From Octopus sinensis (taxonomy: Eukaryota), in the NCBI RefSeq assembly GCF_006345805.1, contig NC_043000.1:64108001-64172000 (forward strand): 64,000 bases of DNA, written 5' to 3'. Positions 50,592 to 63,060 of the stretch are shown here, piece by piece. The notes beneath the pieces were generated by a model. It had not been told where the DNA came from and searched no databases. It saw only the letters and a list, made by a program, of their open reading frames with translations. The position numbers were made by a program, and so were the translations under genes. Position 1 is the stretch's first letter. Every line of letters starts with the position of its first letter.

Positions 50592-51530
50592 ATGATAGCC
50601 AAGCATGCTCTGCATTGACTGTACCTCGTTATTCCTACTCTGGTTCAGAATATTCTGAAGATACTGTACCATGGTTATCATCCTTCCTTTTCACACTAAC
50701 TGAAACACTATCTAGTTCAGTTTATGTTAGCTACAGTATTATTCATCTGCATTATTAATCTGCAGTGAGCTTTGATAATAGGGCCGTTGTAGTGTTATGT
50801 TTAAAAAAAAAAAAACTTTAAATCATATAAAATATTCTAATCATCTTTCTTGAAATATAATTGAGATCTCAGATTAAGCTATATTTAAAAATTTTCAAAT
50901 ATAGACATTTTGTATCAGATATTCATCTAAAACAATATAGATCAGTATTTCAGTTTTGACATTGCCTGTTGTCAAAAATTGAATAAACTTCATACAACTA
51001 TTGACCAAATTTAAAATCCTGTCAAAGTATGTCACATACTTAGGTATGCATCAAATACTTTAGAGGAGAAAAAGTAATGCAGGAAATGGGAAATTATTTC
51101 AGGATATGAATTATTTCTGTGACCCATCTATTACCTCTTTATTTATTTATTGAACATACATCATCTTTCCTATATTCATGAGAAAGAAAATATTAGGTGT
51201 GGGTGTTATGTGTGTATTAGAAATAAGTTTTCTTCTGTGTATCAGAAATCTGTGTTTATTTCTCTCTTTTTATAAAGTCAACTAAATAGACTTTGATATA
51301 TCATTGATAGTATAATCTGTGTGGGAAAGGTGATGTATTCCATTCTTTTGATTAATGTAAAACCTTCACAAGGTTTTTTTTTTTTTTTACTGTCTTCCGT
51401 TGTCCAATTTATACAATATAAGGAGATTTAATAAGTTTTGTGTTAGATGTTGATCGTGCTCCAGCATGACCGCACCCACTTGACTGAAATGCAGAAATAA
51501 ATAAATAAAATATCTCTTAAGTATCTTTTG

Positions 51531-51903
51531 TCTTTTACTTGTTTTATTCATTAGACTGTGGCCATGCTGGAGCACTGCCTTAAAGGGTTTAGTCAAACAA
51601 ATCAACTCCACTACTTAATTTTAAGCCTGGTACTTATTCTAATTGGGCATTTTTGCTAAACTGCTAAGTTATAGGGATATAAACAAACCAATATCAATTG
51701 TCAAGTGGTATGGAGGAGCAAACATGATGTCACACACACATGCAAGGGGCTTCTTTCAGTTTCTGTCAACCAAATCCTTTCGCAAGGCTTTGGTCGATCT
51801 AGTGCTATAGTAGAAGACACTTGCCCAAGGTTTCATGCACTGGAACTGAACTTGAAACCATGTGATTGGGAAGTAAGCTTTTTACCACACAGCAATGCCT
51901 GCA
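51531..51903 (-). mobile_element. Composite SINE copy, minus strand
   Basis: Reverse complement of the 5233-5692 family. Others at ~37815-38250 and 45630-45960 (-), and 47455-47840 (+). Confidence 0.85.
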
Positions 51904-53029
51904 GAAAGTATTTACTATTTGCTTTGACATTTGAAACTTTTAAAAAATGTATTCCCTTTTAGTTGATAAATAGAAATTTAGTTTTCTGATCACCATAAAA
52001 ATATGAAAATTTTTGTTGTGATTGTAATATTTTAGGTAACATATGCTATCACACTGGATAAGTATAAGTGTAATTTATCAAGGCTTTTATCACTATCAGC
52101 TTTTAATTGGGTCAAAATTGTTCCCTCCAAAATCTGATACTTATTTTGCTGCTTGATATTTTTGCTTATAAATGTAATTATCATTGAGAAATAATTAAAA
52201 TTCTTTACTAATTAGTAAATAAATATTTCCTTGGATTTTTGCACAAAATACTTAACTCTTTGGTACAAGTTCCATTTTGTCAAAGAATAAATGTTGAGGA
52301 AGCTTTTTTGCTTTAAAATGTTAATGGAATTTTGAATATGTAAGTTTATGTAAGTCTGTAAAACAAAATGAGTGGGCTTCTGAAATTGCTCAACCTGCCA
52401 GAAATAGCAGCTAAATTAATCTCGTTACACTATACTATCTTAAAAATGGAAGGATATGAAGACATAAATATGCCTTAGATACACTGTGTCCAGAAAAAAA
52501 GGAATGGCATAGTCACAACTGCAATGCCTTTCATTATGGATCTGCACAATCAAGATTGTTGTGCATGTGGTGGGCGGGGCTGAACAACCATGAAAATGTG
52601 GTTTAACCTTTTAGCTTTCAGATTAGCCTGTCAAATGTAATATTTATTTATCCATATTGTTTTCAATTAACCATGCGTTACCTTGTGGCTTTAAGATTTT
52701 GATATTATGATTGTCTATCTTGAGAATAAGATTGTAGTGTAGGGGCGAGAGGCCAGATTTGGCTGGTTTAAACATAAAACCAGTAGGGTATTTTGGTGAA
52801 GATACAGTTTCATATTCAGTCAATATAGTTATCATCACTTTTATGCTCATTTTTTTTCATACTCCCATAGTTTGGAGGCGATATTTTGTGACAATATTCT
52901 GTTGTTGGATAACCTTTCTGACATAAAACCTTGTTTTTGAACGGTACTTTATTCAACTGTCTTTGCATGTGGCACTACCAAACTGCAGGACATAAAAAAG
53001 CTGCTACTAAAACTCGTCAGTGTGATGAT

Positions 53030-53070
<41 letters not shown>

Positions 53071-53767
53071 GTGCCTATTACATTGTTTTTCTATATTATT
53101 ACATATTATAATCCTATATTATCATATACTGTTTTGTTTACCTGTTGGTAAAACTTATTTATGCTTACATCTCCAGTTTACATAAAGAATCTGTTAACAT
53201 TCAACTTCTGTTTCTCTCTCTCTCTCTCTCTCTCTCCTCATTTCATCTGCTTATCTAAAACTGGTTTTGTTATTTGTATGAATTGTTAGATTTCTATTTT
53301 ACAGTAAGCTTTCTTCCTTTATTTGCACGAAGCTGTAATATTTTCCAATGAAGCACTTCATCTGGAACATTAATGTTTTCCTCTATTTATACACATCATT
53401 TTCTTTTTACCTTCCTCCTTTTATTATATCAACTTTAAGCTGATTATAATCACCATCTAGAATTTGTGATTATATACTTCAATATTCAGTGGTCCCTAAT
53501 TTCAGCTTGGTGGTTATCATGTTAGACTTTAAAATTAAAACCAGTGATCTTATTTATATGGCAATTTCCCAGAAGTCTTTGAATTTCATTTATATTGCTA
53601 GGGCAGATCAAATGAATCCTTAATTATAACTGTGATACTGTATGGTAATAACATTTGTTTACATTTTTGTCAGCCCTGATTGAGTGGATTCTAACCATGT
53701 CCATCCATCTTTTCAAACTATGTTATCCAATATGTCCTATCATTTTTGAAAAGACATTTTTTTTTAG

Positions 53768-53881
53768 TGAGACAACTATTGAAATACTTAGCTAGAAGCA
53801 AACCACTCTGTTTTGTTGTCAACCTGAGACAAATGGCTTGTGATAGCTACACAAGCAGTGTAAAGAGGGGTTGTCAGCAAG
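53768..53881 (+). CDS. Candidate alternative cassette exon in prominin intron 1
   Basis: Poly-T AG acceptor, AAG|GTGAGT donor, 114 nt, open in phase 1 to phase 1. No prominin similarity recognised. Confidence 0.3.
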
Positions 53882-55260
53882 GTGAGTGTTAGTAAAGAGT
53901 TTAGCAAATATTTTACTGTTCTAGCTGTATACATCAAATCTTGACTAACAGCCCCATTTCTGCTTATTATAGCTCTCAAGGCCATAATAGAGAAATTCTA
54001 TGAATAGTTCATAGGAACTCCTAATAACCTGGTTCTCATAGCTGACTCAGTCAAAGATGAAGGAAATTGAAAATTTTGAAACAAAACTTAGAATTGAAAG
54101 GCCTCAAAGTAAATCCAGCAAAAAATAAGATTTTAATTTGATGAACCGTAATGCTATTGGATAAGTGGTTGTGCTTGACATGTAGACAAGTTGTTGTTAG
54201 AAGTTTCGTTTATTGCTAGTTGTCACTTTTTTTTTTTTTTACTCCTGTATCACTCATTATAGGTGAAGGCATATGGCTTAGTGATTAGGGTATTTGGCTC
54301 ATGACTGCAAGGTTGTGAGTTCAATTCCCAGCAGCATTTTGTGTCCTTGAGCAAAACACTTTATTTCACAGTGCTCCAGTCCACTCAGCTGACAAAAATG
54401 AGTAGTACCTCTATTTCAAAGGGCTAGCTTTGTCACACTGAATCTCCTTGAGAACTATGTTAAGGGTACACATGTCTGTGCTGTGCCAGGCCTCATGCAC
54501 GTTAATTTCATGAGCAGGCTGTTCTGTTGAGCAGATCAACTGAAACCCTCGTTGTTGTAACTAACAGAGTGCCATCACTTGTTGATTCTGTCTCTCTTTC
54601 ACAATCACCAAAAAATAAAATAGAAAACGGTTGAGATAACAAGAGCCAAGTTCATAAATTATGTATAATTTCATTCTCTTCAACTAAAAAGAAATAAGAT
54701 CAGAAATATTTATATTGTCTAGGTTATGTTGCTAAAAAAGGAAAAGGGAATATCTTAGTGAATTTTGATGTATGTTTTTTTTTATACACACATTTTGTAT
54801 ATTTATGTATGTGTATGTATAAAGAACAAGTATGGTAGTCATTTCCAAACCATGTGGTTTTTGGCTCAATCTGTGTGGCACTCTAGATCACATGTCTTCC
54901 TCTCTCATCCCCAGACCAACCAAAGCCTTAAAATTAGATTTGGTGGACAGAAACTGAAAAGAGGTGTGTGTGTGTGTTCGTTCATGTGTGTCTGTGTTTA
55001 CATTTGTTCTTCTGGAAATTGCTGAACTACAAGTAATGACATTCTTGGTATTTCCTCTATCAATAAATTGTCTGCTAGCTTTGCATCTTCAAAGACATTC
55101 CTCAAGTACAGAAATAAGAGATCCTGTACTTGAAAGACAGAGACGGGTTAGCTACAGGAAGTCATCTAGCTGTAAAACAGTGCCTCAATTAACTCCCTAC
55201 CAAGCTAGAATTAGCATTGAAAATAGACATGAAATGAACAAATGCATACACACAAGTATA

Positions 55261-55458
55261 TAGGCATCCCTTAAGTTACGGAAGTATTGCATTCTTGAAA
55301 ATTTTGCTGTGACATGGAATTCCATGAAGTGGGAAGTATTTCCCTTTAATTTTCATTAACTATGGAGTTAATAGGAAATATCTCTCACTTTATGAAATTC
55401 CGTGTTATGGCAAGATTTTCAGGAATGCAACATTTCCATAATGTGAAGGATACTTTGT
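55261..55458. mobile_element. pogo/Tigger-like palindromic MITE
   Basis: Left TAGGCATCCCTTAAGTTACGGAA...TTGCATTCTTGAAAATTTTGC pairs with right GCAAGATTTTCAGGAATGCAA...TTCCATAATGTGAAGGATAC. Pairing continues almost to the centre. Confidence 0.75.
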
Positions 55459-56363
55459 GTGTGTAACATGACTAGTGACCAAGACCTTTGGCAATAGGCA
55501 GGGCATCCACCTGTAGAAACCATGCCAAATCAGACGGGAGTCTGGTGCATTTCCCCAGCTTGCCAGCTCTTGTCAAATCATCCAACCCATGCCAGCATGG
55601 ACAACAGACATTAAATGATGATGATATATATATGTTATATATCTTGTTTCAGTTATTGGTCTGCAGCCATGCTGGGGCAGACACGCTCCAAGGCAATTGG
55701 GGGTTACAAAGGGAAGAGTTGAAGTACTCAATGCATTTAGTAGAGCTTATTCATTTAGGTGAAACTGAAGTTATGCTGCTCACTTCATTGTGTGTGTGTA
55801 AGTAATGTATTTGGTCATCCCATGAATAATGCAGTTTTTTTAATACTTTTTTTATTTTTTCAAAATTAAGATAAAGTTCTGTTTTAATCTAAAATATACT
55901 CTTTCATTTTCTACGATGCTCTTCCATCTGTCTGGTAGACTTGCAAGGCTCCTCTTTCAAAATTCACTTGTGATGAAAAATACTCCTCCTGTACTCTTCT
56001 GACCTCATCTACAGATTTTAATATTCTTTCCACTTAAAATGATTTTGAAGACTACAGAATAACTGATTAATGAGTTACTGTTAGTAACTCTTCAGAACTT
56101 GCACTAAGAATAAGGACTAGGTAAAATTACTACCAGCTTTTGTAGCAAGTTGATGCAAGTAATTTATCCTGTCCCCCTCTGACTTTTAGTTTATGCAATT
56201 GAAAATACCGCATTATTTATGGGTTGATCCAATATTTGTGTTCTTTAGCTTATTACTTCCTCATGCCTATACATCTGTGTTTGTATCCACCTAAGCAAGG
56301 TTTATCTTCATCCTTTGCATACTTGTTTTGATAATCATTTTGTTATTGACTTTTTTTTTTCAG

Positions 56364-56425
56364 ATGTGCATAGACTTGCAAGTGATAATGCCTACCAAAA
56401 TAAAGAACTGAATGATGTGAAGAAA
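56364..56425 (+). CDS. PROM1: Prominin coding exon 2
   Basis: T10-CAG acceptor and AAA|GTAAGT donor. 62 nt bridges phase 1 to phase 0 exactly: (D)VHRLASDNAYQNKELNDVKK. Confidence 0.85.
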
Positions 56426-57330
56426 GTAAGTTGGTCTTTTCTAATGGATGGAAATATACTTTACAATAATTTATAATTCATTCTCCATTCCCTTCCCTTG
56501 TAAACAATATTTTTCTCTTTCATGAAGTCTATTTTCTAATTAGCTTAGTTGGGAATTATTTACATCCTTTATTTCACAATTAATAGAGTGTTATTTGAAA
56601 TCATTATTGGCTGTAAATATTCTGTTTAGTAATTTATGTAGATTGTAGAAGAAACCACTTTCTGGTTAGGTGGTGTTTCTTAGTTGATGCAGTTTTCTTT
56701 TCTTTTTTTTTTTGTGTGTGTGCTGATACTCTTTTGGGAAAAAATGTAAATTGTTTGTTTGACTCCTGAAATGCCAAGACAAGAAGAAAACAATTTTTAT
56801 GCTATTTTTGAAATCCCCGAAGCCATATGGAGACTTAAATTATCATCTATGTTTGTGTGTAATTGAATATTTCCCAAACTAGATCATGACCTTCATATTG
56901 TGTTTAACGAGATGCAATAATTTTGGTATAAAAATTAGTAAACAATGAGACACAGAAAAACAAATTATGAAATGCATATATTAAAATGTATATATATTAC
57001 TCAGAGCTGAATGTTTTAAGTTTCATGCTTTTTCACAACAATACCTCTAATAATGATTGCTGAAGGAGTCATGAAACTTAGGCCTCTTGGTCTGGGTAAT
57101 CTATATTACTAAAATAGCATTGTGTATGAGAGGGGTAGGATCCCCCTAGGAATCAAATAATATAATGTTGTATTATTAAATCAACATACTATTTTCCATA
57201 TGAGAGCAAACTAACAGATTGTGTTTGCTTTTTTTTTTATTGAGTAATTACTGTTCATATAGAAATAGTGAAAGTTCTAATTCAATCAAAGTTAAGTATC
57301 CTATTTTATATGTAAAGAATTTTTTTTTTT

Positions 57331-57463
57331 GCTTCCCAGCCACATTGCTTCAGGTTCAGTTCCACTGTGTGACACCTCAGGGAAGTGTTTTCTGTTATAG
57401 CCTCGAGCTGACCAAAACCTTGAGTGGATTTGGTAGATGGAAACTGAAAGAAGCCCATTTGTG

Positions 57464-57494
<31 letters not shown>

Positions 57495-57690
57495 GTGTGT
57501 GTGTGTGTGTCTGTCCCCTGCCACCACTTGACAACCAGTGCTGGTGTGTTTGCATTGCTGTAACCTAGTGGTTCAGTAAAAGTGACCAATAGAATAAGTG
57601 CTGGAATCAGTTCATTCAAATAAAAGATTCTCCAAGGTGGTGCCCCTGCATGGTCACACTCTACCAACTGAAACAAAAGATAAAAGATCA
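57331..57690 (+). mobile_element. Composite SINE copy upstream of prominin exon 3
   Basis: Same family as 5233-5692. Confidence 0.85.
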
Positions 57691-58179
57691 TCTGTAGATG
57701 CATGTAGCTCATGGACAAGTACATTCATATTAGAGAATTTAAGTCAAAGTTAAGCTTTGCAAAGTTGTAAAATACAGGTATACAGAGAAAATGAAATGAA
57801 TAATCAAATATGAATGCAATTTCAAAACACCAGTGTTTCACTTTAATTGCAGAAAGCTGTGACTGCAATTTGGTTTCAAATATAATGCATAGATATGATG
57901 AGTTCAAGTTGATGTGTTTTACCTCAGGGTCATCCCAGCAGTGTTATAGCCTCCCTTCCACCTCTCAGGCAAATCAATGCACTTGGTTGTATAGTATTTA
58001 TTCACTGCAGGCTATAGCATGAAAGATTGGTGCTCCCTTGATTACAATGATGAGGGTTCCAGTTGATCTGATCAACAAAACAACCTGCTTGTGAAATTAA
58101 TGTGCAAGTGGTTGACACTCCACAGACCAGCATACCCTTAACATGTAACATATATAACAATAACACAGATGGGTTGGGG

Positions 58180-58264
58180 TTCACTACAGCTGTTTCAGAG
58201 GTGTTCTTTTCTTGATCAACAAAAGTGTTACATCATGCAAATAAAAAAGTTTTCTTCAGGTGAA
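58180..58264 (-). ncRNA. Hammerhead-like motif with degenerate helix II
   Basis: Minus strand reads UUCAC-CUGAAGA-(56 nt)-GAAAC-AGCU-GUA|GUGAA. Core and 5-bp helix I are intact; the helix II base is poorly paired. Confidence 0.55.
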
Positions 58265-58439
58265 TTAAGAATAAAAATTTAACACTTAGTATTCCTAGTG
58301 TAAGTTGACTCTCCCATCAAGGTTACAGATGGGATTTTTCCATCTGTAACTTAGATGGGGGGGTCACTGACATACTATCTCTGGCTCTACCTTGGTGCTT
58401 TTATTATCTAAATACCTGATTCTATTGGATCCTGAAAAT

Positions 58440-58489
<50 letters not shown>

Positions 58490-58884
58490 AGAGAGAGAGA
58501 GAGGTGTTTTAGTTGTTTGCTTTTTTTAAATCATTTTAAAAATCATTTGTCATCATCATTAATGGACAACAACTTCTGCCAAGTGCATTGAAAATGAGAG
58601 TACTTGTAAATAATTTATTTAATATATGTATTTTACAATTTGTCTTTGTCTTGCATATGTGTGTATATATATATATAATCAGGACCTTAAAAGGTAAAAT
58701 ATCTTTGAAGTTAAATATGCTTTTGAAGGAATTCTGAAATGAAGTGAGGGAAACTGAGGAATGTGTAGATGAAACGAGCGAAAATGGCTGTGTAAAGATG
58801 AATTGAAAGGTAAAAGAGTGATCATATTTTGATATGATTTAAATAATAATATTGAATCATTTTATACATATTTTATCATTGCAG

Positions 58885-59090
58885 ATAGTACTGTATTTCA
58901 TTGGTTATTCAATCTGTGTTGCCATTGGAATTCTCTTCATTATATTAATACCCCTTATTGGCTGTTGTCTCTGCTGTTGTCGATGCTGTAACAGATGTGG
59001 AGGACGACACATGAAATATGATCCCAAAAATGCCCGATATAAAAGAAGAACTTATGTTACATGTTTGGTCATTTTGAATACAATCATATT
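58885..59090 (+). CDS. PROM1: Prominin coding exon 3 (TM1, Cys-rich loop, start of TM2)
   Basis: TTGCAG acceptor and TT|GTTAGT donor. Encodes IVLYFIGYSICVAIGILFIILIPLIGCCLCCCRCCNRCGG, the hallmark prominin Cys-rich motif. Confidence 0.96.
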
Positions 59091-59250
59091 GTTAGTATAA
59101 TTCTTTTTCACAATTTCATTTTTGATTTTATAGACCGAGTGTCATCTTTTACTAACTTGTCAATTATGGATTTCAATTAATCTAGTTAGGAATTTTTTTC
59201 AAAGTTTCATAGTTGTAAGACTGGAATACTTTGGATTTATCTTTTACATC

Positions 59251-59606
59251 CTATTTGTTTCAGTCATTGGAATGTGGTCAACTTGAAGAGTTTTTAGTCA
59301 AATGAGTTAATCCTAGTATTCATTTTTGAAGCTCATACTTATTTTGTGGGACTCTTTTGCTGAAGCATTAAGTTATGGGGATGTAAACAAACCAGTTATC
59401 AAGTGGTAGTGACAGACAGACATACATACAATACACACACACACACACACACAATGGGTTTCTTACAGTTCTCTCTACCAAATACTCTCTTACAAGGCTT
59501 TTGTCAGCCCAGAAGACACTTACCAAGGTGCTACACAGTAAAACTATACTTCCTTTAACCATGTGGTTGGGATGCAAACTTCTTACCACACAGCCACACC
59601 AGCACC
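59251..59606 (-). mobile_element. Composite SINE copy downstream of prominin exon 3
   Basis: Reverse complement of the 57331-57690 family. Confidence 0.85.
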
Positions 59607-59872
59607 CATAAAATAGTTAAAGGTTGCCTGTGGGGAACTTACAATCAGCAGTAAAAACTATCCCTATACCATGTTATAACATCAATGATTGAAGGAAATT
59701 TCCATTTGAACCTGACCATGATTGTCTTGGTAAAGGCTGAGATTCTCTTTTATGAAACTAGTGATAATTATAAATTCTATTTTATTGAAAATGTACAATA
59801 TAACCTATACTAAAACAGCTTTTTTTTTCTTTCCTTTCTTTTTTTTTTTTGAAAAAAAAAAAATTATTTCAG

Positions 59873-60002
59873 ATTTGCTGTTGTCTGTACCTTTATAACA
59901 AATGAGCTCTATAAAAAGAGTTTTATTGATAACACTGGAGTTGTTCAAGATCTCTCCAAAACAACAAACACACTGCAGTCTTACGTGGATCAATCAATTA
60001 AA
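59873..60002 (+). CDS. PROM1: Prominin coding exon 4 (end of TM2, start of large extracellular loop)
   Basis: TTTCAG acceptor and AAA|GTAAGT donor, phase 2 to 0: (L)FAVVCTFITNELYKKSFIDNTGVVQDLSKTTNTLQSYVDQSIK. Confidence 0.93.
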
Positions 60003-61315
60003 GTAAGTTTTATTTTTTTTCTTCTATTTTTGATATTTAGTGTTTCTTCAGCTTTGTCTCATTTTTTTGTAAAGAATAATTAACTTTGTTAAGCTAACAA
60101 TTTCCCTACACTCATTTTTCAAATTTTGACTTCTTTCTTCCAAAATAAACATGCAAAAAAAACCATAATCATAATTGTAAGATTCAACTTAGTTGTTTAG
60201 TTGGTATAAATGTTAAACAATAATGGTTTATGTTTCCCTTAGATCAGTTTTAAGTATAATACATACACTAGCTTATCTACTCAAGTGACCTTTCAAGGTT
60301 CAATTTTTTATATGGTTACCAGTCTTTAGTCAATGATAGTTCTTCATTCAGCTGCTTCTGACTACATCCATATCAACTCTGCCTTGCTATTTGATAACTT
60401 TTAAACATGACATATCCACTGAAATCTGTCAAAACCATATGTTGTTATAGCTTCATAAAGGTGTGGTTGTAAAATTTTGTCAATCTCTCTTCCTGACAAA
60501 CCCATCAACATGTCATTTTAACTTTTCATCTTGTCACTGTCAATGTTTTTTTCTTTTCTTTATGTTGTAATGTCCCAAATGACTAAAAACTCTGGTGTGG
60601 TGAAGCTTCAGTTTGCATACATTCCTATTTTCCTTTATTGTTGATTGCTCCATAAATATAGCATTGCAAATGACATAAAAATTGCTCATCAATAAATTTG
60701 TTTGTATAGTGGCACACTGAAACACATGCATCTGTGCACACACATACACACTAACAAGACTGACAAGAATTATCAGAAATATCAAGTAGAATTTGGCTTA
60801 CAAATTTATATCGGTCTGTAGGTTGTTGAATAAATCTACATGTTGATTTTACACACACACACACACACACACACAAAGAGAATTAGAATTGATAATTCTT
60901 TATCTAATGTTTAAAATACCCAACTTTTATTGAGTTGGAGAAGTGCCACAAATGAAAAACTTCAGAAATCACTTGGAAGGATTTTAAAAAATAGGTCAGG
61001 GTGTAAGGGGAGCATAAAACAAAAGTGTGAAAAGTAAAGGTGTTGTATAAAGCGAAACTTTCCTGAGAGGGAAACTGTTACACAATATTAGATTGGTACC
61101 AAATTTATATAAAATTACTTTCACTGTACAAGTCATATTATAAAATGTAAATGACTTACACAAGGTCCCTTGCCCAAACTGCCCCAGTTTACAGATGCAA
61201 ATAAATATTCTGAAATATAAAACATTTTGTGACCCAAATACTTTGGATCAATGCTTATTAACTTTGTGTGTATGCGTGTGCATGTGTTAGGGTGGTGGTT
61301 TTACGAAGATATATA

Positions 61316-61655
61316 AGCATGACTGTATGGTACTAGGTTCAGTCTCATTGCATGACACTTAGTTGGGCAGGTGTCTTCTACTATAGCCCTGGGCCAACCA
61401 ATGGGAGACAAAAATTGTGTGGATGTTTGATGTTTGTGTGTGAGAATGTGTGTGTGTCTGTGTCCTCCCACCATTCTTGACAACTGATATTGGTTTGTTT
61501 ATGTCCCCTTAACTTACTGGTTTGGCAAAAGAGACCAATAGAATACGTACCAGACTTTAAAAAATAAATAAATACTGGGGTCAGTTTGTTTGACTAAACT
61601 CTGAGTCAGAGTCCCAACATGGCTGCAGTCCATTGAATGACATAAGTAAAGTGAT
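61316..61655 (+). mobile_element. Composite SINE copy
   Basis: Same family as 5233-5692, diverged. Confidence 0.8.
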
Positions 61656-62245
61656 AAACAGATTTACTATTTCACTTCTTTATGCCATTAAGTCTTTTTC
61701 CATTTAGAATATTGTTCTGAATCATAGGCCAAAGTTATTTCTTGCTAATATAAGATATAAAGAGGGTGGCAAGCTGGTACAACCATTAGCATGTGAGGCA
61801 GATGCATAATAGCATTTTGTCCATCTACATTTTGAGTTCAAATTCTGTTGAGATCGACTTTGCCTTTCATGTTTTTGGGGTTGATAAAATCAGTTCTAGT
61901 TGATCACTGTGGTTGATATAGAGTTACTTCCTCCCCTGGAATTGCTGGCCTTGTGCCAAAATTTGAAACCAATGTAAGCTATAAAGCAAATGTTGACATT
62001 GTTGCTGTGTAGTCTGAGAATCAGCCTTGATCAAAGTATTCTCACAATGACCCTGCCATGTTTTTGTGGGGAAACTCTTAGGACTACATTTTAAGTGAAT
62101 CCTTTCTTTTCAAAGGTGGTAGGGTGTGATCTGAGAAAGATTTAACTGCTGTTTCTGATAGTTTGAGCAACTACTTAGAGGCTCTCTCATAATCTCAATG
62201 TTTAGCATGTTTGCTGGAGCTGTAGATTTGAATCTAAAGTTGTAA

Positions 62246-62289
<44 letters not shown>

Positions 62290-62315
<26 letters not shown>

Positions 62316-63060
62316 ATAATTATTTGAGGGAATATAAATCCAAACTTAGAGGGGAAAAAAATTCAATTTAGAAATACTAAATCAAATTTCATACAATATA
62401 ATATATATATATATATATATAAAATTAGGAAAAACCCCACCTTTTATCAATTCAAAAGGAACGATTAAATTACACCATCTAGAAAATTACATATAATAGA
62501 AGTATTAAAATTAAAATAACGATAAAATATCAATGGTTAAGTAAATTGCAAAAAACATAATAAAAACGTATATAATTGGTAGAATATATATATATATTGA
62601 GACAACAAAAAGCAGGAAAAACAACAAAAATCAAAGGACATACATAGTGAATGTATTAGGTCAACAGAGAAAGTTTAAGATGGAGAAAATAGCGGGTGTG
62701 ATGTTTCAAGTATGGCTCTTTGTTGGATAGAGGTAAACGTCTGGAGAGAAGGGAAAAGAATAGTCTGAGAAGAGCATTGAATTTTATTTCTCTTTCTGTT
62801 CAGCTTGTATATATGTTCTTGTTTATATTTTTATTGATATGGTCTTTTCATTCCCTGTAATGAGCAATGACTTTCAGTAGCGGGGATAAATTGCTATATA
62901 AAATTAGCTCTTTAATTTCAAGTTTCATTAGGAGGTCTGTTAGTGCATTATACACCCTTTATTCCATATTATTATAATTATTCCATAATTATATTTTATG
63001 ATGATCAGAGGGATGGTTCCTGTTATTGCCCATAGATAAACATGGACAAAACTGTGAGCG
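62290..63060 (-). mobile_element. Penelope-like fragment with decayed hammerhead motif
   Basis: Reverse complement of 62697-62727 reads TCCAACAAAGAGCCATACTTGAAACATCACA, a CpG-decayed version of the 668-701 motif. Strongly A-skewed flanks next to (TA)n. Confidence 0.45.

Noticed and set aside
58682-58692. 11-nt microexon GACCTTAAAAG between prominin exons 2 and 3
   Set aside because: It has AG/GT borders but would shift the frame, and the acceptor is preceded by (TA)n rather than a pyrimidine tract.
60243-60297. Next prominin exon (ISFKYNTYTSLSTQVTFQ, phase 0-1)
   Set aside because: Phases would fit, but the donor (GTTCAA) is poor and the peptide is not prominin-like. The true exon probably lies beyond 64000.
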